Virus record (IMG/VR): IMGVR_UViG_3300045988_070658
Source of the DNA: a virus
Direction: 5' to 3' (one strand)
Length of the DNA: 42,032 nt
Shown in pieces: positions 6,895-15,669 of this stretch (the stretch's first letter is position 1; each line of letters starts with the position of its first letter). The notes under the pieces were generated by a model. It saw only the letters and a list, made by a program, of their open reading frames with translations. It had not been told where the DNA came from and did no database searches. The translations under genes and the position numbers were made by a program.

Positions 6895-7122
6895 ATGGAC
6901 ACCAAGAAAAAGCACCCGGTGCTGAAGATCCAGCTCGGAGAGGACGGAAACCCCGAGGTCTACGCGCAGGGCACCCCAACCGAGCAGGCTGCACTTTGCA
7001 CCGCACTGGTCGCTGCGATCTGCATGGAATACCCCGACCCGGCGGGGGTGCTCATCAGCATGATGACGACCGCCGCAGACCTTATGGACAGAACGGAGGA
7101 AGTACACGATGAAGAAGCTTAA
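6895..7122 (+). CDS. Hypothetical protein (75 aa)
   Basis: GAGGAGGA RBS and compact operon context. No family recognised. Confidence 0.5.
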   Translation: MDTKKKHPVLKIQLGEDGNPEVYAQGTPTEQAALCTALVAAICMEYPDPAGVLISMMTTAADLMDRTEEVHDEEA

Positions 7123-7354
7123 TGCGGTCACTCTTGCCGGGTTTGCCCTGTGCGGCCTTCTGCTGACCATAAAAGCGCTGGACCTTGCCGAAGCGGGCAT
7201 CACCCTGCTGCTGATGGTCTGGGGCGGCTACGCCTACGGTGCTGCCGCAGCCCGCGCCCCGCTGGTATTGTACGCGGTGCTTGGTACAGTGGCTGCCCTT
7301 GGCCTGACCTTGTACGAGCTGCACCGCGAGAACCAGCAGAACAGGAGGGTATGA
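7109..7354 (+). CDS. Small integral membrane protein (81 aa, 2-3 TM)
   Basis: Hydrophobic stretches AVTLAGFALCGLLLTI, ITLLLMVWGGYAYGAA and LVLYAVLGTVAALGLTLY. GGAGGA RBS. Confidence 0.55.
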   Translation: MKKLNAVTLAGFALCGLLLTIKALDLAEAGITLLLMVWGGYAYGAAAARAPLVLYAVLGTVAALGLTLYELHRENQQNRRV

Positions 7355-7710
7355 TGTTCAACGATAAGCGCAGAGGAGATATCTGGTGGGCGCAGGACAC
7401 CACCCACAAACGCGAGGGCACCTACCTGATCCGGGGTGACCGACCGGTGGTGATCGTCAGCAGCGACAGCGTCAACTGCAACACGCGCATCGTTACGGTG
7501 GTTCCCCTGACCTCCAGCCCGGCGCAGCTGGCCCGTGGCGACGGCGCTTATGATCAGGTTCTTTTGACCGGCTACGGCGCACCGAGCATGGCATTGACCC
7601 GGCAGGTGCACGCAGTGGATGCTGACGATCTGACTGAGTATCGGGGCCATCTAGCCGACGTCGATATGCTCCGGCTGGATGCGGTCCTGCGCCAGGCCCT
7701 GGGGCTCTGA
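7351..7710 (+). CDS. PemK/MazF-family toxin-like protein
   Basis: RGDIWWAQ..G.YLIRGDRPVVIVSSD....RIVTVVPLTSS......LTRQVHAVDADDL..YRGHL...ML.LDAVLRQALGL follows the MazF/PemK fold pattern. ATG 7351 or 7354 after AGGAGGG. Confidence 0.7.
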   Translation: MMFNDKRRGDIWWAQDTTHKREGTYLIRGDRPVVIVSSDSVNCNTRIVTVVPLTSSPAQLARGDGAYDQVLLTGYGAPSMALTRQVHAVDADDLTEYRGHLADVDMLRLDAVLRQALGL

Positions 7711-7901
7711 TGGTACGCTGGTATACGGCGTACCTTCGGGAAACCGAGGAAGTCCTTGCCAGTGGGACCGCCACACAGGTAGCAGGTGCCCTGGGGCTGA
7801 CCATGGGCAGCTTCTACTGTGCGGTCAGTCGGAGCAAGAGCGGCGACAATCGGAAGTACGAGTTTGAAATCGAGGACCTGGAAGATGGGGACCTCGAGTA
7901 A
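7710..7901 (+). CDS. Small HTH protein with acidic C-terminal tail (candidate cognate antitoxin)
   Basis: ATG overlaps the toxin stop (TGATG). HTH-like GTATQVAGALGLTMGSFYCAVSR. Tail YEFEIEDLEDGDLE. Confidence 0.5.
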   Translation: MVRWYTAYLRETEEVLASGTATQVAGALGLTMGSFYCAVSRSKSGDNRKYEFEIEDLEDGDLE

Positions 7902-7911
7902 GGAGGGTACT

Positions 7912-8451
7912 ATGACATTTGACTTACACATTCACGGCGAAACGCCTGCCGAGTTGCTGGCAGCACTACAGCAGCTGAACGCCACCCCTGCACAGCCGTC
8001 TCAGAGCGAGCCTGTGCCGCAGCCGGAGAAGTCCAAGGCGCAGACCCCGGCAAAGCCGAAGCGCAGCGCACAGAAGCCCGCAGCCGCCCCTGCGGAGGAG
8101 CAGCAGGCAAACCCTACGATGACCGACACGCAGTCGGTCCCTGCCGCCCCTGCGGCCACTTCCAGTGCAGCTACCTCTGCGCCGTCCGCTTCGGACAACG
8201 CAGCATCTGCACCCACCGAAACCCCTGCTACCACTACTTCATCTGAGCCGGGCAAAGACCCCGCCACCGAGGATAAGATCCGCAGCCTTATCATGGTGCT
8301 GATGAAGCAGGGCAAGACGAAGGATTGCAAGGCGATCATTACCAGCGCTGGCGCTGCCAGCATCTCCGCCATCAAGCCTGAGAGCTACACCGCAGTGTGG
8401 GAGCAGCTGTGCAAGCTGAACGAAGAGGTGAATCAGAATGCCGCCGAGTAA
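7912..8451 (+). CDS. Hypothetical protein with long Pro/Ala/Ser/Thr-rich disordered centre
   Basis: ATG 7912 after AGGAGGG. About 110 aa of low-complexity PAST sequence lie between short structured ends. Confidence 0.55.
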   Translation: MTFDLHIHGETPAELLAALQQLNATPAQPSQSEPVPQPEKSKAQTPAKPKRSAQKPAAAPAEEQQANPTMTDTQSVPAAPAATSSAATSAPSASDNAASAPTETPATTTSSEPGKDPATEDKIRSLIMVLMKQGKTKDCKAIITSAGAASISAIKPESYTAVWEQLCKLNEEVNQNAAE

Positions 8452-9592
8452 GCACGCCCTGCTGGGCGCATCCAGCGCCGCCCGGTGGATCGCCTGCACG
8501 CCCAGCGCCAGAGCCACCGAAGGTCTGCCGGATCAGGAGAGCACCTACGCCGCAGAGGGCACCCGGGCACATGAGGTGTGCGAAAAAGCGCTCCGCTACA
8601 AGCTGGCAAAGTGGGAAGCGGGAAAGCCTTTTGACTTGCTGTCCGACTGGGCGCAACAGTCGATGCCGACAGAAATGTTCAATGCTGCCAACCAGTACGT
8701 CAGTTTCCTCCACGACCAGTGGGTCGGCTTCTCCTGCCGCCCGGGGGTATTCATCGAGCAGGAGGTGGACGTGAGCCGGTGGGTGCCCGGCGGCTTCGGC
8801 ACCTGCGACTGCCTGATGATCGGCGGCGGGCTGCTGCACATCATCGACTTCAAGTATGGGCAGGGCGTGCCGGTAAGCCCGGTGCGCAACCCCCAGCTCA
8901 TGTATTACGCCCTCGGTGCCTACGCCCTGTTTGACGGGCTGGAGAGCATAGACACAGTACGCATGAGCATCGTACAGCCCCGCATTCAGGAGGAGCCAGA
9001 AACGTGGGAGCTCCCGCTTTCCGATCTTCTGAGCTGGGCAAGAGAGGTCTTGCAGCCCGCCGCCGAGATGGCGTGGCGGGGCGAGGGCACATTCTGCCCC
9101 GGCGAGCACTGCCGCTTCTGCAAGGCGCATCCCGGCTGCCGGGGCTGGCAGGAAAAGTACGGCCCTCTGGCCGGGTTTGAGCCGCTGCCGCAGCCCGCTG
9201 CACTCTCCGACGAGGAGCTGGGCGAGTGGCTGCAAAAGGTCGAAGGACTGGTCGCCTACGCCCGTGAGCTGGAGGACTACGCCCAGACCGCCCTGCTGGA
9301 GGGGCGCACCCTGCCCGGCTGGAAGCTGGTGCAGGGGCGCAGCACCCGCAAGTGGACCGATCAGGATGCAGCCTTCCGGCAGATGGAAGCTGACGGTATC
9401 GACGAAGCCATGCTGTACACCCGCACCCCTATCTCCCTGACCGCCGCCGAAAAGATGCTCGGCAAAAAGAAATTCGCCGAGGTCATGTCGGCCTTTATCA
9501 CCCGGGCACCCGGCGCGCCCAAGCTGGCAAAGGACAGCGACCCGCGCCCTGCCTATGATCGTTTAGAGGGCTTCAAGCCCGAGGAGGACTAA
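8438..9592 (+). CDS. PD-(D/E)XK nuclease, DUF2800 / Cas4-like
   Basis: N-terminal ..HALLGASSAARWIACTPS.., D..DFKYG core, and C-terminal Cys cluster CPGEHCRFCKAHPGC. Canonical partner of DUF2815 and PolA in phage replication modules. Confidence 0.7.
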   Translation: MPPSKHALLGASSAARWIACTPSARATEGLPDQESTYAAEGTRAHEVCEKALRYKLAKWEAGKPFDLLSDWAQQSMPTEMFNAANQYVSFLHDQWVGFSCRPGVFIEQEVDVSRWVPGGFGTCDCLMIGGGLLHIIDFKYGQGVPVSPVRNPQLMYYALGAYALFDGLESIDTVRMSIVQPRIQEEPETWELPLSDLLSWAREVLQPAAEMAWRGEGTFCPGEHCRFCKAHPGCRGWQEKYGPLAGFEPLPQPAALSDEELGEWLQKVEGLVAYARELEDYAQTALLEGRTLPGWKLVQGRSTRKWTDQDAAFRQMEADGIDEAMLYTRTPISLTAAEKMLGKKKFAEVMSAFITRAPGAPKLAKDSDPRPAYDRLEGFKPEED

Positions 9593-9594
9593 CT

Positions 9595-10146
9595 ATGAAC
9601 GCAAACGAAATTATTATCCCCTGCCGTCTGTCTTACGCTAACATCTGGGAGCCCAAGCAAGTGAACGGCACCGGCGACCCCAAGTACAGCTGCTGCCTGC
9701 TCATCAAGAAGAGCGACACCGCCGCTGTGGCCAAGATCCGCGCCGTCATCGAAGCTATCAAGAAGGATCCCAAGGCGCTGGCAAAGTGGGGCGGCAAGCT
9801 GCCCCCGGAGAAGAGTTTCAAGTCTCCTCTGCGCGATGGTGACGAGGAGAAGGATGACGAGAACTACGCGGGCTGCTGGTTTCTGAATGCCAACGCCAAT
9901 GAGAACCGCCGCCCGCGCATCATCGACCGTGCCTGCAACGAGGTGCTGGATCAGGACGAGGTGTACAGCGGCTGCTATGCCAACGTCAAGATCGGCCTGT
10001 TCGCTTACAGCGCCAGCGGCAACAAGGGCATCGGCGCAGGGCTGGAGGTCATCCAGAAAGTCCGGGACGGCGAGCGTCTGTCCGGCGGCAACTCCACGGA
10101 CGGCTTCGAGGTGCTGGACGATGACGACGCCGACTTTCTGAACTAA
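9595..10146 (+). CDS. DUF2815-family protein (ssDNA-binding-like)
   Basis: Position between DUF2800 and PolA. N-terminal ..CRLSYANIWEPK.. and acidic tail LDDDDADFLN, typical of SSB-like proteins. Confidence 0.6.
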   Translation: MNANEIIIPCRLSYANIWEPKQVNGTGDPKYSCCLLIKKSDTAAVAKIRAVIEAIKKDPKALAKWGGKLPPEKSFKSPLRDGDEEKDDENYAGCWFLNANANENRRPRIIDRACNEVLDQDEVYSGCYANVKIGLFAYSASGNKGIGAGLEVIQKVRDGERLSGGNSTDGFEVLDDDDADFLN

Positions 10147-10158
10147 ACCGACTGACAC

Positions 10159-10194
10159 GCCGGGGGCCCCGCAAAGAGCCTCCGGCCTTTTTAT
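10159..10194 (+). terminator. Weak intrinsic terminator / attenuator
   Basis: 9-bp stem 10159-10167 / 10178-10186 (one G-U) followed by a T-tract starting at 10187. Confidence 0.45.
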
Positions 10195-10211
10195 CAGGAA
10201 AGGAGGACCCC

Positions 10212-12212
10212 GTGAAGAAGATCATCACGGTGGATATCGAAACCTACTCGCCGCAGGACATCGCCAAGGTGGGTGCCTACCGGTACGCGCAGGATCCGAA
10301 CTTCCAGATTCTGCTGCTGGGGTACATCACCGAGAACTCGGATACGCCCAGAGTGATAGACCTGACCAGCTGGCCGGACACGAAGCGCTTCCTGCGGGAG
10401 CAGCTGCCGTGGCTGCTGGACGACAGCTACACCAAGCGGGCGCACAATGCTGCCTTTGAGTGGTGGTGCCTGTCGGAAGCCATGGGGCTAAGCTGGGAGC
10501 AGCGGGTGCTCTGGCTCCAGCAATGGGAATGCAGCATGATCCATGCGCTTTACTGCGGCCTGCCTGCCCAGCTGGGTGCGCTCGGCGCAGCACTGAAGCA
10601 GCCGGAGGACGCGCTGAAAATGAAGGAAGGTAAAGCCCTGATCGGCTACTTCTGTAAGCCCTGCAAGCCCACCAAGACAAACGGCGGGCGCACCCGCAAC
10701 CTGCCGCAGCACGACCCCGCCAAGTGGAAGCTGTTCTGCAAGTACAACGGCATGGACGTGATCGCAGAGCGCGCCAACGACCGGCGTCTTGCACACTGGC
10801 CGGTGCCGGAGTACCTGATGCAGCAGTGGCGAGATGATGTGGAAATGAACGCGCGCGGCGTGGCGGTGGATTTGGAGTTTGTGAAGGCTGCGCTGGATAC
10901 GCTGAAGCAGAGTACCCTGCCGCTGAGCGCCGAACTCAAGACCCTGACAGGGCTGGCAAACCCCGGCAGCCGGGCACAGCTTCTGGGCTGGCTTGCAAAC
11001 CGGGGCTGCCCCATGGACAGCCTGAGCAAGGATGCCGTAGAGGAAGCGCTCCGGGGTGAACTGCCCAGCGATGTGCGCAGAGCGCTGGAACTGCGGCAGC
11101 AGCTGGGCAAAGCCAGCAACTCCAAGTACCAGACCATCGCCGACAGCGCAGGCGCAGACCACCGGGTGCGGGGCACCCTGCAGTTCTACGGTGCCAGCCG
11201 GACAGGACGATGGGCTGGGCGGCTGCTGCAGGTCCAGAACCTCCCCCGCACTTATCTGGATCAGCAGGCAGACTGGCGCGAGATCGTCAAGCTGCGGGAC
11301 GCAGAAGCGCTGGGGATGCTGACCGGCAACGTAGCAGATACCCTGAGCCAGCTGATCCGCACGGCGCTGGTGCCCGGCAAGGGGTACACCTTTATTGATG
11401 CGGACTTCTCCGCCATCGAAGCGCGGCTGATTGCTTGGCTGGCGGGAGAAGCGTGGGTGTTGGACGTTTTCCGCACCACGGGCAAGATCTACGAAGCCAC
11501 CGCAGCCCGCATCTTCGGTGTGCCGTTTGAAAGCATCGTCAAAGGCAGCCCGAACTACAAGTACCGGCAGCGCGGCAAAGTGGCAACGCTGGCGCTGGGC
11601 TATCAGGGCGGCGTGGGCGCGATGAAGCGCATGGGCGGCGATCAGCTGGGTCTGGACGATGCCGGACTGCAGGATATCGTGAACCGCTGGCGGAAGCAGA
11701 ACCCCCACATCTGCAAGCTCTGGCGGCAGATGCAGGACGCTGCCGTGCACACCATCCGTACCGGTAAAACCACTCAACCCAGAGCGGGCGTGGTCTTCCG
11801 CAAGGAAATGACCCCGGAATGCCCTTTTCCATTCCTGACCATGGAGCTGCCCAGCGGGCGCAAGCTTTTCTACGCCGACCCCGGCACCACGCCGGATGAC
11901 CGCATTACTTACAAGGAATGGGACAAAGGCGGCTGGCGAGAAGCCGAAACCTACGGCGGCAAGCTGACCGAGAACCTCACCCAAGCAGTAGGACGTGACT
12001 GTCTGGCTTTTGCACTGGACAACCTGCGGCGGGCAGGATACCGCGTGGTATTCCACGTCCACGACGAGGTGGTCATCGAACTGCCGGACACACGAGATCC
12101 AGAGCGCGCGCTGGCAGACGTGGTACGCATCATGAGCCAGCCTGCACCATGGGCACAGGGGCTGCCCCTGAATGCCGCAGGCTGGTACGGTGACTTTTTC
12201 ACGAAGGACTGA
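10212..12212 (+). CDS. Family A DNA polymerase with 3'-5' exonuclease domain
   Basis: Exo motifs VDIETYS, HNAAFEW and YNGMDV. Pol motif A DADFSAIEARL, motif B RQRGKVATLALGYQGG, motif C FHVHDEVV. GTG start after AGGAGGA. Confidence 0.9.
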   Translation: MKKIITVDIETYSPQDIAKVGAYRYAQDPNFQILLLGYITENSDTPRVIDLTSWPDTKRFLREQLPWLLDDSYTKRAHNAAFEWWCLSEAMGLSWEQRVLWLQQWECSMIHALYCGLPAQLGALGAALKQPEDALKMKEGKALIGYFCKPCKPTKTNGGRTRNLPQHDPAKWKLFCKYNGMDVIAERANDRRLAHWPVPEYLMQQWRDDVEMNARGVAVDLEFVKAALDTLKQSTLPLSAELKTLTGLANPGSRAQLLGWLANRGCPMDSLSKDAVEEALRGELPSDVRRALELRQQLGKASNSKYQTIADSAGADHRVRGTLQFYGASRTGRWAGRLLQVQNLPRTYLDQQADWREIVKLRDAEALGMLTGNVADTLSQLIRTALVPGKGYTFIDADFSAIEARLIAWLAGEAWVLDVFRTTGKIYEATAARIFGVPFESIVKGSPNYKYRQRGKVATLALGYQGGVGAMKRMGGDQLGLDDAGLQDIVNRWRKQNPHICKLWRQMQDAAVHTIRTGKTTQPRAGVVFRKEMTPECPFPFLTMELPSGRKLFYADPGTTPDDRITYKEWDKGGWREAETYGGKLTENLTQAVGRDCLAFALDNLRRAGYRVVFHVHDEVVIELPDTRDPERALADVVRIMSQPAPWAQGLPLNAAGWYGDFFTKD

Positions 12213-12493
12213 TGACGATGAAAGACACGACAGCAAAGGTTTCCACCATCCCCCCGGCTTGGTTTCAGTGCCCCTGTGGAGCGATGATACTGGTCCCGCC
12301 GGGCTGCACCAGTGATTCAGTTGGACTGACCAGATACCGTAAGAGCAAATACGCTCGTGACGGAGGTTGGTCAGTGGTCTGTACCCGCTGCGGCAGGGTC
12401 GGTGAACGCGGCCACACTCAGGCCGAAGCAAAGGCCAAGTGGGACGCAGGATTGTTTAAATACGGCCCGCTGAAGGAGGACAAAGACAAATGA
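12212..12493 (+). CDS. Zinc-ribbon protein, Lar-like (restriction alleviation family resemblance)
   Basis: CPCG ... CTRCG pairs followed by ..HTQAEAKAKWDAG.., which resembles the Lar family C-terminus. Confidence 0.4.
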   Translation: MTMKDTTAKVSTIPPAWFQCPCGAMILVPPGCTSDSVGLTRYRKSKYARDGGWSVVCTRCGRVGERGHTQAEAKAKWDAGLFKYGPLKEDKDK

Positions 12494-14895
12494 GCGCTAC
12501 ACCAATTGAGATCAGCGCGGGCGGCAGCCGGACGGCGACACACTGGTTCGCGGCATCGTTCGCGGACTGGAACAAACTCGCCAGCGAGCTGGGAAAGCTG
12601 ATGGACCGCAACTGCGGCACCGAGACCCACGCGGAGTACATGACCCTGCCCAAGACCGAACAGGACAAGCGCAAGGACGTGGGCGGTTTTGTGGGCGGCA
12701 GCCTGCGGGACGGAAGTCGTAAACGCGGATGCTGCACCGGGCGCAGCCTGATCACGCTGGACATGGACAACTGCGCCCCCGGCAGCACGGAGCAGTGGGT
12801 GGCTGCCATTAAGGCCATGGGCACCGCAGCGGTCTACTCCACCCGCAAGCACGATCCGGAGCACCCGCGTCTGCGGGCCATCTTCCCCACCGACCGCGTG
12901 ATGCAGCCGGAGGAGTACCAGCCCTGTGCCCGGATGCTGGCGCAGATGCTGGACCCCACCATGCAGGTGTTTGACCCGACCACCTTCGAGACCGAGCGCC
13001 TGATGTACTGGCCCAGCCGCAGCAGCGACAGCCAGTGGGTCTGCGAAGCCACCGAGGACGGCAGCCGGATCTGCGTGGACGACCTGCTGTGGCTCTACGC
13101 CGACTGGCACGATATGCGCCAGTGGCCTGCGTGCCCCGCTGAGACGGTCAAGCTGCCCGGCGGCAAACAGGCAGACCCCACCACAAAACCCGGCGTCGTG
13201 GGTGCTTTCTGCCGGACTTACGACGTGCCCGCAGCAATCGAGAAGTTTCTCCCCGGGGTGTACGTCGATGCAGGCGCAGGCCGTCTGACCTACGCCGCAG
13301 GCAGCACCACCGCAGGTGCGGTGCTTTACGACAACGACACCTTCATCTACAGCCACCACAGCACCGACCCCGCAGGCGGCAAGCTGCTCAACGCATGGGA
13401 TCTGGTGCGTATCCATAAGTTCGGCGATCAGGACGCAGACGCAGCCCCGGGCACGCCTACCGCCTCCCTGCCCAGCTGGCAGCAGATGCGGGCGCTGGCA
13501 GAGAGCGACAACCCCACAGCCACCCGGCTCCGGCAGGAAGCCGTAGACCACGCAATGGAGGGCTTCGAGCCACAACCGGACAGCCCTGAGGACCCGGACA
13601 AGTGGCAGGAAAAGCTCGACCGCACCCAGAAGGGAGCTATCGCCTGCACCATTCAGAACGCATGGGTGATCTTGGAGAACGACCCCGCTTTGAAAGGGCG
13701 CATCTGGTCGGACACCTTCTCGGAGCGGCTGCGGTGCAAAGGCCCCTTCCCTTGGAGCGACAAGGCGCAGGAGCGGGACTGGAGCGACGAGGACGATGCG
13801 GGCGTGCGCTGGTATCTGGAGACCATCTACCGCTTCAGCGGAGTCAACAAGGCCGCCGATGCGGTGGCGCTGACCGGTGGTCGCCACGCAAAAGACCCGG
13901 TGCGGGAATACCTGACCGGGCTTGTATGGGACGGCATCGAACGGCTGGACACACTGTTCATCGACTATCTGGGCGCAGAGGACAACAGCTACACCAGAGC
14001 GGTGACGAGGAAGATGTTCGTGGCAGCGGTAGCCCGGTGCTTCCGTCCGGGGTGCAAGTTCGACCAGATCTGCATCCTCAGCGGTAAACAGGGCATCGGC
14101 AAAAGCCTGCTGCTCTCCCGCATGGGCATGGACTGGTTCAACGACAGCATCACCAGCTTTGACGGCAAGGAAGCCCGCGAGAATCTGCGGGGCGTCTGGA
14201 TCGTAGAGCTGGGCGAAATGACCGCTTTCAGCCGCTCCGAGAGCGAAGCAGCCAAGCAGTTCCTGAGCCAAACCGAGGACAGATACCGCGCCGCTTATGG
14301 CCGCAGAACGGTGCAGTACCCCCGCCGGTGCGTGTTCTTCGGCACCTCCAACAGCGCCGATTTCCTCCGCGATGCCACCGGAAACCGCCGTTACTGGCCC
14401 ATAGATTGCAGTTTTGAGCGCCGGACAAAGGTAGTTCACGATGATCTGACCCCCGCAGAGGTGGGGCAACTGTGGGCTGAAGCCGTGGCAAGATTCAAGT
14501 CCGGGGAGGAACTGATCCTCCGGGACGAGCTGCAAAAAGTCGCCCTGGCCGAGCAGCAGGCGCACACCGAACGAGACCCATGGGAGGGCAGCATCACCGA
14601 TTTTCTGGACAAGACCATCCCGCTGGACTGGGGCAAGCGCAGCATCGACGAACGCATCTGCTGGTTGGAAAACGGCTCTTCCGATGGGGAGAGCACCACC
14701 CAGAAACGCATGACTATCTGCGCCAACGAGGTCTGGCGGGAGTGCATCGACCGCACCGGCAGAGACCCTGACCGGGTGCAGACCAAACGGATCAACGCCA
14801 TCCTGAACAGCCTCCCGGGGTGGGTGCCGGGCAAGTACCCGCAGCGGTGCGGGGCATACGGGATGCAGCGCATCTGGCGCAGGAAACCGGAGTAA
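12490..14895 (+). CDS. Primase / helicase (VirE-like, P4 alpha-type P-loop NTPase)
   Basis: 801 aa. N-terminal primase-like region with LITLDMDN acidic motif. Walker A SGKQGIGKS and Walker B-like VWIVELGE. Typical partner of DUF2800, DUF2815 and PolA. Confidence 0.8.
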   Translation: MSATPIEISAGGSRTATHWFAASFADWNKLASELGKLMDRNCGTETHAEYMTLPKTEQDKRKDVGGFVGGSLRDGSRKRGCCTGRSLITLDMDNCAPGSTEQWVAAIKAMGTAAVYSTRKHDPEHPRLRAIFPTDRVMQPEEYQPCARMLAQMLDPTMQVFDPTTFETERLMYWPSRSSDSQWVCEATEDGSRICVDDLLWLYADWHDMRQWPACPAETVKLPGGKQADPTTKPGVVGAFCRTYDVPAAIEKFLPGVYVDAGAGRLTYAAGSTTAGAVLYDNDTFIYSHHSTDPAGGKLLNAWDLVRIHKFGDQDADAAPGTPTASLPSWQQMRALAESDNPTATRLRQEAVDHAMEGFEPQPDSPEDPDKWQEKLDRTQKGAIACTIQNAWVILENDPALKGRIWSDTFSERLRCKGPFPWSDKAQERDWSDEDDAGVRWYLETIYRFSGVNKAADAVALTGGRHAKDPVREYLTGLVWDGIERLDTLFIDYLGAEDNSYTRAVTRKMFVAAVARCFRPGCKFDQICILSGKQGIGKSLLLSRMGMDWFNDSITSFDGKEARENLRGVWIVELGEMTAFSRSESEAAKQFLSQTEDRYRAAYGRRTVQYPRRCVFFGTSNSADFLRDATGNRRYWPIDCSFERRTKVVHDDLTPAEVGQLWAEAVARFKSGEELILRDELQKVALAEQQAHTERDPWEGSITDFLDKTIPLDWGKRSIDERICWLENGSSDGESTTQKRMTICANEVWRECIDRTGRDPDRVQTKRINAILNSLPGWVPGKYPQRCGAYGMQRIWRRKPE

Positions 14896-14904
14896 TTACC
14901 CGCC

Positions 14905-15274
14905 TGAAAACCAACATACAAAGCTTGCCGAAACCGGTTTGGTGAGCATACAGAACATACAAGCAAGGTCGGCATACAAAGCATACAAGAATTTCTGAAA
15001 ACTTTAAGAAACCCGAAGAAAACAAGTACCCCGAAAAAGCACCGAACATACAGAACATACAAGCAACATACAAAGACCGCAAGCGTTTGTATGCTCGAAA
15101 AAGTGAGGGCTGATGCGGGTTTTCAGGCTAAAACATACGAAACATACAATCTTTTTCTTCTTTAAGTGAAAAACAGAAGGATTTAAGATACACGCGCGTA
15201 TACGCGAGAGCCTTATATCCTTCACGTGAGGGTTTTATAGAGAAGCCGTATGTTTTGTATGTTTCGTATGTTTT
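14905..15274 (+). repeat. Iteron field plus structured repeat element copy B (core 15067-15274)
   Basis: Ten direct and four inverted 9-mers RCATACRRN in exact 9-bp register. Hairpin 1 at 15067-15093. Long hairpin 15130-15274. Palindrome AAACCGGTTT at 14931-14940. No credible ORF. Confidence 0.85.
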
Positions 15275-15300
15275 GCCCAGAGCAGAGAGGAGTAACTACT

Positions 15301-15633
15301 ATGACCAACAAACCACTGGAAAAGAGCATCGAGAACATTCTCCGGCAGGCGGTGGAGGATGACGGCGGGCTGTGCCTGAAATGGACCTGCCCCGGGCACA
15401 GGGGTGTGCCAGACCGCATGGTCATCTTCCCCGGCGGCATCATCGCCTTTGTGGAGCTCAAGCGCCCCGGGGCAAAGGTCAAGGCAGGCGGGCTGCAGAA
15501 CTGGTGGCGGCAGCGGCTGGCGGAGTTCGGATTTCCCTGCTACGAGATCAGCACCGCCGAGCAGGTGAAGCAGCTGGTGTTTCACCTGAGCACGGAGAGC
15601 TTCTACCGCATGACCGAAAATAGCGCCGACTGA
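15301..15633 (+). CDS. VRR-NUC domain nuclease
   Basis: ..GVPDRMVIFPGGIIAFVELKRPG.. (PD..E.K core). ATG 15301 after AGAGGAG. The ORF-track start at 15250 lies inside the repeat. Confidence 0.7.
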   Translation: MTNKPLEKSIENILRQAVEDDGGLCLKWTCPGHRGVPDRMVIFPGGIIAFVELKRPGAKVKAGGLQNWWRQRLAEFGFPCYEISTAEQVKQLVFHLSTESFYRMTENSAD

Positions 15634-15669
15634 CGCGCTGCCCTAAAAGAAACGGAGGTCAAAACCGCA

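Noticed and set aside
15105-15125. CTGATG in copy B, as a possible hammerhead-ribozyme core (CUGAUGA).
   Set aside because: The motif is incomplete and is not conserved in copies A (CCGTGCAGG) or C (GTGATGC). No matching GAAA or cleavage-site helices could be placed.
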